DNA from: a virus
Taxonomy: Duplodnaviria; Heunggongvirae; Uroviricota; Caudoviricetes
Reading direction: 5' to 3' (one strand)
IMG/VR virus record: IMGVR_UViG_3300012983_000032
Location: 93,793 to 157,792 of that record
Length of the DNA stretch: 64,000 nucleotides
Shown here: positions 17,939-28,117 of the stretch, in pieces
Layout: each line of letters starts with the position of its first letter
How positions within the stretch are numbered: position 1 is the stretch's first letter
Notes under the pieces: model-generated
The model's database searches: none
Told to the model about the DNA's origin: nothing
What the model saw: the letters and a program-made list of their open reading frames with translations, nothing else
Translations under genes and position numbers: made by a program

Positions 17939-20278
17939 CTAAAGAGTCATCCCTAAAGACTCTAAAAGCTCATCACTTTTAGACTTCATAGTATCATAAT
18001 CCCTAGACTTATTTCCGTTCGGTTTCCAAACTGTATATGGAATAAACTCGTTACTATACCTATTTATAAGTTCTATAGACGCAACAACTGAGTCCAAAGC
18101 GTCTTTTGCGTTTATACCACGCATATCTGTTTCCCAATTTCCGTCACCGTCAGTTACAATTTCACCTTGCATATGGTCTATTTTTGTATCGCCACGTTTC
18201 TTACGTTTTACCATTTGAATAGACTTCATATTATTCTTTAAGTAAATATTTTTACCACAATAATATCTTCCGTGGAATACATAGTCAATAAATGCAAGAT
18301 ATGGCTCGTTTGTACGGTCTACAGAAACATATTCAACCTTTACACCTTTCCTATCCAAAAATTGTCTTGCAGACTCAGATTGGAATCCATCATATGAAAC
18401 GTGTTTAATATTAAGATTTCCTAAACTTATTAAGTCCCATATAAAGCATTTAATGGCGTCAAGGTTAATAATTCCACCTTTAGGAATAATAACTATTGTA
18501 AAGTCTGTAACAAATACCTTTAATGGCTCACCTGTTTCAGGGTCAATTTTCTCTGAGTCACGTTCAACGTGAGTCATAGATATACCTGTAACGTCCCCAG
18601 CATACGACTGGTCAACAGAAACAGCTCTAGGAACCCCTGGTTCATAGTAGAAGTAATACTTATCTACAATTTTTGTAAAGAACTTATCTCTAATCTGATT
18701 CCAAATTAAGTGTTCTGGTTCTTCTTCTGCTGGTGCAGTAATTTGACCTATTATATTTTTAAGGTTATTATCAAAACATCTTTCAATAGTGTCAGGATTA
18801 TAGAAGATACGGTCTTCCGTACCCGCAGGTATTCCACACCAGTCTTTAAGGAACTTGATAGGTTGTTCCTTAGCCATATCTATCATAGAAACATTTGCAC
18901 CTTTTTTAGGACACCAAATAATATCTATTGGGTCAAATTGTGTAAGGTCATTAGGTGATTCAATAACACGAGGTAACATACCATTTCCACCTTTGAACAA
19001 TGGGAAGGCTACATTCCAATCGTGTTTAACTTCACCTTTTTCATCTAATGCTTCTTCAAAGTTTTTCTTAAAGAATTTCCAGTTGGCACCAGTAAAGATA
19101 TAATTTAACTTACTTTTTGGTGCGTCATTCCAAATCCATTTATCAATAACAGACTCCATAGTATTTGGAGAAGAGTCAAGGATAAATCCTGAAATACGAT
19201 TATTGTGCATACGGTTATCAATACGGGCACGAAGAGAAGTAAAGAAGTCATAAATTTGTTCGTCTGTCCAACCACCCTCTTCCCTCCAGAAACCTAATTC
19301 TGTACAGGAACCCATAACGATATTTTGACCGATAATATCACCATTAGAAGATACAATGTAAAAGTTAAGCCCATTAGACATTTGAATTTCAGCACCACTT
19401 GAACCTGTAGCAGTTGTCCAATAAATATGTGGTACACCTGTAGTAGAGTTGAACTCACGGTTAGATTCAATCATATCCTTTTCTGTACGGCATTGCTTAA
19501 AGAATTCAGACTGAAGTAAAACACTTTTCATTGGTTCAAAAAGCAACTGAGAGGCTTTTTTCTGAGAGAATCCACCAAATACAATAGTAAACTTTGTAGA
19601 AGGTGCATATCCATAATATTTGTATGGTGCCCACATTAAACTGAATAATGCAGCAGTATACAAGTTAACACAAACTGTTAAAGTAGATTTTCCCGTACCA
19701 ATACAACTTGAAAGAATTAAGTTTCTATATGGTGCGAGTGGGTCATTATACTTTATAAATGTATCTCTAATCCAAGGGTGTAAAGTTGTTGCTTGGTCAC
19801 CAATATACTTTGGTGTTAAAAACTCTGCTGGTGTAGGTGGTTTATCTCTAAAGGTAAGCCTCCATCCTTCTGTAGCCAACAATGCTTTCATTTGGTCATT
19901 TATATTATTGGTCTTTGCAAGCCACTCCAATGACTTTATCATATTTTTCATACCAAGCATTTCAAACTCTTTTTTCTGCATTGCAGATTTATCACCTGCT
20001 AAAATATCTTGGAATATATATTTTAAGTTACCTAATGTATTAGGTAATATAATAGGTTTTCCTTTACTATTTGTAACTCCCGTCTCTAATGAACCATTTT
20101 GAGCCATTTTATATCTTTCAAATTCTGGGTCAGACACATTTACGTTGATACCTTGTAAGTTATCTTTTATTATAGGCTCTTTTGGAATAGAACCCTCATT
20201 TAAGGCTGTTATATCTTTTATTATAGGTCCTTTTGAAATAGAACTTTCATCTAAAATTATTAAGTTATCGTTATCCAT
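17939..20278 (-). CDS. terL: Terminase large subunit
   Basis: Walker A SSCIGTGKST, Walker B-like SCTELGF, coupling DSSP, RNase H-like nuclease AVSVDQSYAGDVTG, YDGFQS and KDALDSV; near the portal gene. ATG 20278 with SD GAGGA is preferred over TTG 20326. Confidence 0.9.
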   Translation of the reverse strand: MDNDNLIILDESSISKGPIIKDITALNEGSIPKEPIIKDNLQGINVNVSDPEFERYKMAQNGSLETGVTNSKGKPIILPNTLGNLKYIFQDILAGDKSAMQKKEFEMLGMKNMIKSLEWLAKTNNINDQMKALLATEGWRLTFRDKPPTPAEFLTPKYIGDQATTLHPWIRDTFIKYNDPLAPYRNLILSSCIGTGKSTLTVCVNLYTAALFSLMWAPYKYYGYAPSTKFTIVFGGFSQKKASQLLFEPMKSVLLQSEFFKQCRTEKDMIESNREFNSTTGVPHIYWTTATGSSGAEIQMSNGLNFYIVSSNGDIIGQNIVMGSCTELGFWREEGGWTDEQIYDFFTSLRARIDNRMHNNRISGFILDSSPNTMESVIDKWIWNDAPKSKLNYIFTGANWKFFKKNFEEALDEKGEVKHDWNVAFPLFKGGNGMLPRVIESPNDLTQFDPIDIIWCPKKGANVSMIDMAKEQPIKFLKDWCGIPAGTEDRIFYNPDTIERCFDNNLKNIIGQITAPAEEEPEHLIWNQIRDKFFTKIVDKYYFYYEPGVPRAVSVDQSYAGDVTGISMTHVERDSEKIDPETGEPLKVFVTDFTIVIIPKGGIINLDAIKCFIWDLISLGNLNIKHVSYDGFQSESARQFLDRKGVKVEYVSVDRTNEPYLAFIDYVFHGRYYCGKNIYLKNNMKSIQMVKRKKRGDTKIDHMQGEIVTDGDGNWETDMRGINAKDALDSVVASIELINRYSNEFIPYTVWKPNGNKSRDYDTMKSKSDELLESLGMTL

Positions 20279-20299
20279 AATATCCTCTCTATAAAAAGC

Positions 20300-20321
20300 A
20301 CCCTCTACTTTTGTAGAGGGT
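20300..20321 (-). terminator. Terminator-like hairpin in the terL leader
   Basis: ACCCTCTAC-AAAA-GTAGAGGGT followed by GCTTTTT on the minus strand. Confidence 0.6.
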
Positions 20322-20341
20322 AACAATACTCAATTTTAGTG

Positions 20342-22153
20342 TTATTTGTTTATAAGAATTTTTTGGATTAGTTGTCCGTAGTTTGAATTTAATAGTTTAA
20401 TACACCTATTATATGCAATCTTAAATTCTTTACTAGATTCAATATTGTCTTCAATACGGTTTGCAATACTGTCTACTTTGTTATACTTATCTTGTGACCT
20501 TTGTGTTATATCTATATATGCCTGCAAATCTTTTTTCTCTTGCTTTAATATCTCAATTTCTTTACTTAGGTCTTTTATTAAAGAGGCTTCTTCCTTATTA
20601 GAGTCATCTAGCCCCTCTATCTCTTTTAGATAATCGTCTATTTGGTCATCAACCTCTTTTTTTCTTTTATCCAATTTATATAACTCATAACCACTAACTC
20701 CTAGTTCACGAGCTTTTTGGTCATATTTTTTATAGTCATACTTTTCAGTATTATTACCTAATTCTAATTTATCTTTAATATATGAATCTCTGTTATACCA
20801 TTTTTCTAATGTTTTATCTACCCATCTTTCTCCGTCAACTTCCTTGTTTAAAACATACTTATCTACAAGTTTGTTTTGTAAGTCTTCCTCAGAACTACGA
20901 TTATCCCAATAGTTAGGGTCTATTTCCCCTTTATGTTCAAATGCGTCTCCACTATATGCAGCCTGGTCGATTTTTGTATTTTTATTAGTATCTACTGCAT
21001 TACGGAAGTCTTTATCAACTACATAGTGAGAAATAATAGATGCTAGATAAGAAATAATATTGCTGGACTTAATTACTGCATTATCAGGTACTACCATCTT
21101 ATTTACTGATAATTCTCTACAACAGTTTTTAAATTGATTATAGAAAGTGTCACCAATATTTTCTATAGAAGTTAAAATATTTTGAGGGGACTCATTTCCC
21201 CATCCAAAATAGAATCCATTTTTAGGTTCTTCAAGTTTTAGATATTCTCCACCTGGTGGTAATATAACCTCTCCATTTTTATCTCTTTTTACATTTTTAG
21301 GGTCAGTTACAGCTAAGTATATATCCAAGTTAACTTGAGAATTATATTTGTTAATGTTTTTATTATTATTAAGGTGGAAACCTGTAAGATTTACCCAGAA
21401 AATACTAGGTCCAAATAAATAGTTTCCAACCATACCTACCTCATGTACCAAAGAGTCTTGGGTAGACCAATGTCTGTGTATTGCAATTTCATCATTAAAG
21501 AACTCTATAAGAAGCCTTTTATCGTCTGGGTCTAAAGTACAATTTTCAGACCTTAACCATCTAAGATTATCTTTTAAGTAAACTGCAGAATTAAATCTTG
21601 TTGAGGCTTTATTATTTAAAGGAATAAAGTCAGCAATATAAATGCTACCCTCACAATAAGACCCATATTTTTCAATAAATTTTTTTGCAGCCTTTATGTA
21701 ATTTATAATCTCATTACATACTTTGTTTTCAGTTCTAAATGGTATAATACCTATAGGATTTACAACATACAAAGAGTGTTTCTGTTTATTCATCTCTTTT
21801 GCTATATCGTCAATCATTTTTACACCAGCTAAATCTTTTTTTACTTCTGGACCAAATACGTCTAAGATACCACCTTCTTCATCTAGTTTTACTAGACCTA
21901 TCCCTTCCTTAAATAAATATCCATAAGACTCATTAAGTGCAGCAACAAACTCATACGAGTTGTCCATATCATTTATGATAACTTTCATGCCATCGAAACC
22001 TTGTGCTCTGGCATAATGTATTTGTTCTTGTAAACTTTTTAGTGTAGGGGAATTATAAATTTTTACTACCTTATCACTTTTAGGAACCTTTTTTAAGGCA
22101 GTTACTGTTTCTTCTATTTTTGTGTCTAAATATGCTGCAACATAATTTCTCAT
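20342..22153 (-). CDS. Hypothetical protein, head-module gene with C-terminal coiled coil
   Basis: 603 aa between portal and terL; SD AGGGG; heptad-like C-terminus. Confidence 0.6.
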   Translation of the reverse strand: MRNYVAAYLDTKIEETVTALKKVPKSDKVVKIYNSPTLKSLQEQIHYARAQGFDGMKVIINDMDNSYEFVAALNESYGYLFKEGIGLVKLDEEGGILDVFGPEVKKDLAGVKMIDDIAKEMNKQKHSLYVVNPIGIIPFRTENKVCNEIINYIKAAKKFIEKYGSYCEGSIYIADFIPLNNKASTRFNSAVYLKDNLRWLRSENCTLDPDDKRLLIEFFNDEIAIHRHWSTQDSLVHEVGMVGNYLFGPSIFWVNLTGFHLNNNKNINKYNSQVNLDIYLAVTDPKNVKRDKNGEVILPPGGEYLKLEEPKNGFYFGWGNESPQNILTSIENIGDTFYNQFKNCCRELSVNKMVVPDNAVIKSSNIISYLASIISHYVVDKDFRNAVDTNKNTKIDQAAYSGDAFEHKGEIDPNYWDNRSSEEDLQNKLVDKYVLNKEVDGERWVDKTLEKWYNRDSYIKDKLELGNNTEKYDYKKYDQKARELGVSGYELYKLDKRKKEVDDQIDDYLKEIEGLDDSNKEEASLIKDLSKEIEILKQEKKDLQAYIDITQRSQDKYNKVDSIANRIEDNIESSKEFKIAYNRCIKLLNSNYGQLIQKILINK

Positions 22154-22164
22154 TTTATCCCCCT

Positions 22165-22719
22165 TTAATCTGCAACAGTAAGTACCTGTGCAATACGTGA
22201 AATATATCCGTCTATTGTTTTCACAATTTGTGCCAAATGTTTTGTTAGGTGAATCTCACTATTCATAAGTCCACCAGAGTTAGCATGTCTTGAGTCCCAT
22301 ACACCGTCACCCTTTGGTCCAGTAAATTTATAAATACTCAAATCATTTTTATCTAACCCTTCCCAACTTCCTTGCCAATAAAAAGACGGGTCATTAGAAT
22401 AGAATCTAACATCACATTTCTTTATAATTTTTCTTAATGTTTTTTCTACTACAGAAAAACGAGCCTTACTCAAATCTTCAGTAACTAAATCTCCGACTTT
22501 ATAAAATCTGAGAATACAAGTGTATGGTTTACCACCATTTGTTGCATTAACCGTAAATGTTACTTCTAAAAAACTGTCGTTTTTATAATAAATCGCCTGA
22601 GAGACAGACATATGGTAATCACCATTATTAAATCTGTCCTCAAGTTTATCTTGAGTAAAATTAGATATACACGTAGCCTTTAACTTTTCTATAGTAGACT
22701 CGAACAATAAATACATCAA
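22165..22719 (-). CDS. Hypothetical protein, degenerate SWIM-like motif
   Basis: DVRFYSNDPSFYWQG...HLTKHL resembles the phage VxVxCxCxDFxY...CKHL pattern but lacks the cysteines. Confidence 0.45.
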   Translation of the reverse strand: MMYLLFESTIEKLKATCISNFTQDKLEDRFNNGDYHMSVSQAIYYKNDSFLEVTFTVNATNGGKPYTCILRFYKVGDLVTEDLSKARFSVVEKTLRKIIKKCDVRFYSNDPSFYWQGSWEGLDKNDLSIYKFTGPKGDGVWDSRHANSGGLMNSEIHLTKHLAQIVKTIDGYISRIAQVLTVAD

Positions 22720-22731
22720 ATCTTAAAATCC

Positions 22732-24939
22732 CTATTCAAGAGTTTCCTCACCTAATTTTTGAAGGTCAGTTCTTTGCCATAAAGGAACTCCGTTTTCGTC
22801 AGTAATCTCATATTGTTTTTTAAAACTTTCTAATGCATCACTAAGATGACGGTCAGCTTTATCCTTTACATTATTTAGTTTCAAAGATTTATTAAGAGCT
22901 AATTGTTCCTTAAGTCTATCATATCCTTCTGCATTTTGATTATTTGCGTGGTTTGATAAAACTTTGAATGAAGGATAAATCTTGTCTTGTTCATTAATAA
23001 TTGGAACAAATAACTTATGTTTTGTAAATTCACCTGTTCTGTCATTTACTTTATCTTTCCAATCTTTACCCTCAAGATGTTGTGACTCTAAGAACTTGAA
23101 ATAAATATTTTCTTTTGCCTCTCTGTATCTTTCACGAATACTATTGAATCTTTGTTCCCTCATTTTTGTAAGTCTTCCAGTTTTTCTATAAAGTGCCATT
23201 TCCTTACGAGACTCTTCCAAGTCAGCATCACCACCCAAATCTTCATCACCTGTATCAGCACCATCTTCTTCAGAAGATTTTACTGCAAATGAAGAAAGTC
23301 TAACCCATTTCTGAATATCAGTAGGGTCAAGGAATGTATATTTTGAAAGAATATCAACTATTACATCTTCTGGTAAAGCTTCTTCCTCATCAATACCTAA
23401 TACTGTCTGAATAAGTTCAACTACACCTTTTGCTAAGTCAATAGAACTTGACTGTGAAGAACGTTTTGAGTCAGGTACTTCTTGTGCAGGGAAACTCATA
23501 GAAAGAATAAATGGTGTGTTATAATCAAATTCACCTGTAATAGCATAGTGCATACGAATAAGTTCACCAAGTCCCTGCAAGAAAGTTGTCTGAACAGTAT
23601 ATACGTGTCTTGCAAATGGTTTATATTGTTCTTTTAATGAGATTCCAGACTCACCACTATAATCTGCGGATGGGTCAAGATATCCTCTAGGAATACCACA
23701 AGCAACAGCAATATCGTCTCTCATGCCGTCAATATCTTCAGTAGAAGGTATTTCACACTCTGACTTAATACTTTCTATCTTTAAGAGTCCCTCAGGAACC
23801 CAACATTTTGTATTAACTGTATATATTTCTGCACCTTGTGTACTTGGTGCAACACCAAGATTATCATATTGTTCACGTACTGTATTTACAAGGTCAAATG
23901 CTTGTGCAGGTAAGATACCCTCAGTATTTTTTACATTATAAACTTGAATAGGGAAAGAATGAAGTCTTGCCAATCCTTGTAATGCCATTGTAGAAGCAAA
24001 CTGTTTAAATGGTGCCAGTGCCCAAATAAGTGGTGGTCTACCATATGGGTAAAATTCTCCGTGTCCATTATCAAACCTAAAATGTGTTACCATCCAAGGT
24101 GGACATAAAATATTACCTTGCAATTCATACCCTAAAAGTTTGTTGTCAAACATATCTGCAAGATTACTTGCCTCATCTAAAGATTCAGAACCTTTAAGAA
24201 TTTTAACTAACTCTTCAATTTTTGAGCCTCTATTTTTATCTGCGGAGTTCCATCCATCTCTTTGTGCCAAGTATGTAGCAATTTGTGTAGGTGAAAACTC
24301 AAGTCTTTCCATAACTTGATTTGGGTGAAGATAATTAATTCTTTCAATTCCTGACAACCCAATCTTATGAGTCCAGAAAGCTTCACCATAAAGTTGAATA
24401 TCAAAACAAGCCGAGTGAATACAGTTTTGTGTAATACCCCATTGATTTAATAATTGATATGTTTTCTCAACAAATGTTGCATTTGGGGAGTCAATAGAAA
24501 TAATACGGTCTTGTTCATCTTGCTGAGTAGCCTCGTCTGCTACTAACGTACAAGCTCTAGAAATGTATACATTGTTACAACAAGCAAATGTTAATTCATT
24601 AAGACGTTTCTGCCTGTCTAGAATATTATCATATGTCTCTGTAGTTTCTGATAAATATGCGTTAAAAAGTTTTTCAAGTTTTTCATTCATTCCTACACTC
24701 TGAAAAACAGAACCGAGTGCAGCATTATGAATTCTGTAGGACGGATTATTTAGGTCTACCCTAACAAACTTTATACCATATTTCTTTTCAAATTCATTTT
24801 CAACATTTTTTCTATCATTAGTGGTTCTAAAACCAAAAATACTGTTTATTCTATTTATAAATGTACTGTTAAGAATTGCCGACATTGGTTTCTTACCAGA
24901 CGTAAAAGTAGTATTCTCCTTTATTTTATTTTTTGCCAT
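22732..24939 (-). CDS. Portal protein (T4 gp20-like)
   Basis: ISRACTLVADEAT, DIQLYGEAF, VTHFRF...FYPYGRPPL, IAVACGIPRGYL, acidic C-terminal linker; SD GGAGG; near terL. Confidence 0.85.
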   Translation of the reverse strand: MAKNKIKENTTFTSGKKPMSAILNSTFINRINSIFGFRTTNDRKNVENEFEKKYGIKFVRVDLNNPSYRIHNAALGSVFQSVGMNEKLEKLFNAYLSETTETYDNILDRQKRLNELTFACCNNVYISRACTLVADEATQQDEQDRIISIDSPNATFVEKTYQLLNQWGITQNCIHSACFDIQLYGEAFWTHKIGLSGIERINYLHPNQVMERLEFSPTQIATYLAQRDGWNSADKNRGSKIEELVKILKGSESLDEASNLADMFDNKLLGYELQGNILCPPWMVTHFRFDNGHGEFYPYGRPPLIWALAPFKQFASTMALQGLARLHSFPIQVYNVKNTEGILPAQAFDLVNTVREQYDNLGVAPSTQGAEIYTVNTKCWVPEGLLKIESIKSECEIPSTEDIDGMRDDIAVACGIPRGYLDPSADYSGESGISLKEQYKPFARHVYTVQTTFLQGLGELIRMHYAITGEFDYNTPFILSMSFPAQEVPDSKRSSQSSSIDLAKGVVELIQTVLGIDEEEALPEDVIVDILSKYTFLDPTDIQKWVRLSSFAVKSSEEDGADTGDEDLGGDADLEESRKEMALYRKTGRLTKMREQRFNSIRERYREAKENIYFKFLESQHLEGKDWKDKVNDRTGEFTKHKLFVPIINEQDKIYPSFKVLSNHANNQNAEGYDRLKEQLALNKSLKLNNVKDKADRHLSDALESFKKQYEITDENGVPLWQRTDLQKLGEETLE

Positions 24940-24993
24940 TATATTCCTCCAACAAAATATATAATTAGTAGAAAAAATAAAAACTAACTTAAT

Positions 24994-25881
24994 ATGGATG
25001 ATATTATTGTTTCTAATAAAGAGGACTTTAAAAATATTTTAGGAAAATTTCCATTACAGATAGGTGTAGGGTGTACAAAAAATAAAAAAGTAGTATTAGA
25101 CACTTTATGGGATAAAGGTTGTAGACTTATAGATTTAGAGTGTTCTTTTGAAGGGGAAAATGATAAAATACTAAATAATTTTATAAAAGATAAAAAAGAC
25201 TTTGTACTATGTCAACAATTCCCATTATGGGATGAAGACATATATAAAGAAACTAATATTCATATATATGAAGCTGATGATAACCAGTTAGAATATATAG
25301 TAGACACTATCATTAATAAGCAATTAGAAAAAAATAATGTAGACTTTTATCATATCTACTTATTACATTCTGTATTTAGTATGAGTTATTATGATAATTA
25401 TTTAGATGATATTAATTTATACATTAGAATTTTTAAAATACTAAAAAAATATAAAGATAAAGGTGTTATTCAACATTTAGGGTATAGTGCAAATATAGAT
25501 TATCCGTTATTAGAATTATTTACTTTCAGTATAAATGAAAATTTTAAATTTGGTGATATTGATATTGCTATGGTACCTATAAACATTTTTTCAGACGTAT
25601 ATAAAATTATTAAAAATATTTATAATATTAATATTTGGGATAGTCCAGGCGAAAGAGGTATAGAATTCTTAAAATCTAGAGGATATACTATAATTTGCAT
25701 GACACCTTTTGAAAGAGGGGAATTAAAAAAAATAAATACAATTGATTTAGAAACTTTATCAAAATCTAATTACGAGTTCTTATTAAAAAATAATAATATA
25801 GATTATATATTATTAGGTACATCTTCAATTGAACATATAAATGAAATATTTCAAATTTACTCTTTAACTAATAAAGAGTAA
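24994..25881 (+). CDS. Aldo/keto reductase-fold protein, catalytically degenerate
   Basis: IGVGC, GCRLID, QLEKNNVDFYHIYLLH, KDKGVIQHLGYS and MTPFERG match the AKR barrel; the positions of catalytic Tyr and Lys read F and Q. Confidence 0.75.
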   Translation: MDDIIVSNKEDFKNILGKFPLQIGVGCTKNKKVVLDTLWDKGCRLIDLECSFEGENDKILNNFIKDKKDFVLCQQFPLWDEDIYKETNIHIYEADDNQLEYIVDTIINKQLEKNNVDFYHIYLLHSVFSMSYYDNYLDDINLYIRIFKILKKYKDKGVIQHLGYSANIDYPLLELFTFSINENFKFGDIDIAMVPINIFSDVYKIIKNIYNINIWDSPGERGIEFLKSRGYTIICMTPFERGELKKINTIDLETLSKSNYEFLLKNNNIDYILLGTSSIEHINEIFQIYSLTNKE

Positions 25882-25899
25882 ATTTGATTTTAATAAAAA

Positions 25900-27144
25900 T
25901 TATAGTTTATAATTTTTTACACAATAAACAGGTTCTGGTAAATTATTAGTTTGATTAGGATTACTGCAAGAACAACTATTAGAAGAGTTTAAGAGAACTT
26001 TTAACTGTGCAAATTCTTCTAATAATTGACAATATTGGTATAAATAATGACATTTTTCTTCATAATCCTCTGAACCACACATATGACACTCCATTTGTTT
26101 AGAGTATATACAACTCTCACACTGAGAAGGTCTTTTTCCTGTAGGATTTTTTACAGTAGTTGAACTATCAATGAGATTACATTGACAGTATTCACCTAAT
26201 GTATCTATTGCAAAATTTGTTTTAGTAATACCCATTTGAAACTTTCTACAAGCACCATTACCTTGTTCCTCAGTCTCCATTATACCCCATCTACTTATTT
26301 GGTCTAAAATATAATTTACATATGGCTTCCACTCAGGGTTAGATATGATATTAGGGGTTAAACAAATTATTCCAATCTTTCTAAGTTCGTGCATATAGTT
26401 AATTAAATTACCACCCGACATAGATAATTTACCTATTACTTCACCTTTTTTACAACCACTTCTTCCTGGTAAAGGTGGGATATCTTCCCCCATCCATTTT
26501 TTATTTACGTCAGGTGTACCTGGGTAGATATGGTTTAATTTTATTGTTAAATTACTATCTACTATATTATTTTCTTTACGCCATTTATCAAAAAATTTTT
26601 TATTTTCAAAAAAACTATAATTTCTATTATTAAGTGTACAATTAATCCAATCTAATATCCCTAATTTTACTAATTTTGTAATATTAGGGGCAGTTTTTTC
26701 CCAATATAAAGGGTCAATAACACCTGTTCTAATATATTGACCTAACCCATCATGAGATAATTGATAGTGAATATCATTATCAATTAAATATTTTACTATA
26801 TCATCTGACTGTAGTTCTAGTCCATTCCCAGAAGTATGAATATGAACTTTATGAAATTCTTTTAAATCTTCTTTTAAAAAATCTACAACTTGCTTAAACT
26901 CTTCAAAGTTTTCAACCGGGTTTCCTCCCCAAACATCTACTCTTAAATCTACTGGCCCTCTTTTAGAGTTTTCTAATACATTAGTATATTCTAATATCCT
27001 TGATTTAGTCTTATCTTTATCAAACTTAAAAGAGCTTTTATTATCCTTTGACCTGTAGTTCATTGTAGATGCAGCAGAACAATATAAACATGAACCACTA
27101 CATTTTTTAATACCATACATAACTAAACTGATACCAGCTTCCAT
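25900..27144 (-). CDS. Radical SAM/SPASM-domain maturase
   Basis: CSGSCLYC (CxxxCxxC), WGGNP (GGEP variant), SGNG, LSHDG, SPASM-like C...AIDTLGEYCQC...CESC...CHMC...C; strong SD AAGGAGG. Confidence 0.9.
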   Translation of the reverse strand: MEAGISLVMYGIKKCSGSCLYCSAASTMNYRSKDNKSSFKFDKDKTKSRILEYTNVLENSKRGPVDLRVDVWGGNPVENFEEFKQVVDFLKEDLKEFHKVHIHTSGNGLELQSDDIVKYLIDNDIHYQLSHDGLGQYIRTGVIDPLYWEKTAPNITKLVKLGILDWINCTLNNRNYSFFENKKFFDKWRKENNIVDSNLTIKLNHIYPGTPDVNKKWMGEDIPPLPGRSGCKKGEVIGKLSMSGGNLINYMHELRKIGIICLTPNIISNPEWKPYVNYILDQISRWGIMETEEQGNGACRKFQMGITKTNFAIDTLGEYCQCNLIDSSTTVKNPTGKRPSQCESCIYSKQMECHMCGSEDYEEKCHYLYQYCQLLEEFAQLKVLLNSSNSCSCSNPNQTNNLPEPVYCVKNYKL

Positions 27145-27183
27145 TAAATAATTTCCTCCTTAATTATAATACATACATATATA

Positions 27184-28098
27184 TTAACTATTTAATTCAT
27201 AACAGTGAACATTACAAGTTTGACAAGACACACACCCTTGACAATTATTACATCCTAAACATTTGTTATTCGTTTGACAAAGATTACAAGATATATTGCA
27301 TCCACTTACACATTCATTACACATATCACAAGAGACACAACTATTATTAGATTGACAAGAAAAACAACCTTGACAAGAAGTATTACATAGTTGACAGCTA
27401 TTACAAGTCCAACATCCTGCATTGCAGCCCTGACAAACATTACATCCTTGACAAGCCAGACCGAATGGAGTATCTATTGATACACACCCTTGACAAACAT
27501 TACAAGTTGTATCACATCCAGCATTACAAGCTTGACAGACATTACATCCAAAACAATTACTATAACAAGTTTGACAAGTATTACAAGCTGCATTACATCC
27601 ATGACATCCACTACAAGCAGCACTATCTGTTATACCCGCAGCATGACCATAACATCCTACACACGCATAACACTCACCTGTACATCCAGTATGTTCTCTT
27701 TGAAAGTTGTCATCATTAAGGATAGTGTTTCCATTGGAAGTTGTTTCTACTTTAAATCCAGTACCTTGACTTGTACAAGTATGTCCACCATCACAGATAT
27801 TACAGGTAAAGCAACTTCCACAATTATCAGAATAGCAGTTTCCTGCACCGTGGCATCCACCACAAGTACCGTCTTTATAACATCCTTTACACCCTACTAA
27901 ACTACTATAACCATCAGGGCACGTAGCAGAATAATGACTTGTTTGACAAGTATTACAACTTGGTGTAACTATATGACTTCCCGCACAATGACTTGCTGAG
28001 TGACATCCACTACATCCATATGAGTAATGACCACCACCACAACTCCCTTGTTGACCTGCATGACATCCACCACCACAACCTCCTGTGCATACTGACAT
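27184..28098 (-). CDS. Cys/Gly-rich CxxC/CxxxC repeat protein, putative radical SAM substrate
   Basis: 304 aa, about 63 Cys by manual count in Cxx/Cxxx periodicity; SD AGGAGG; immediately upstream of the rSAM gene. Confidence 0.8.
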   Translation of the reverse strand: MSVCTGGCGGGCHAGQQGSCGGGHYSYGCSGCHSASHCAGSHIVTPSCNTCQTSHYSATCPDGYSSLVGCKGCYKDGTCGGCHGAGNCYSDNCGSCFTCNICDGGHTCTSQGTGFKVETTSNGNTILNDDNFQREHTGCTGECYACVGCYGHAAGITDSAACSGCHGCNAACNTCQTCYSNCFGCNVCQACNAGCDTTCNVCQGCVSIDTPFGLACQGCNVCQGCNAGCWTCNSCQLCNTSCQGCFSCQSNNSCVSCDMCNECVSGCNISCNLCQTNNKCLGCNNCQGCVSCQTCNVHCYELNS

Positions 28099-28117
28099 TA
28101 TTTATTTCCTCCTAAAA

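Noticed and set aside
20279..20326. Track starts at 20326 (terL), 7507 and 9804
   Set aside because: Downstream ATGs (20278, 7459, 9741-9732) have SDs or stop-start coupling, and the extensions run through hairpins or overlap other genes.
17939..24939. Intein or intron in terminase or portal
   Set aside because: ORFs are continuous, motif spacing is plausible, and no C...HN splice termini or LAGLIDADG insert was recognised.
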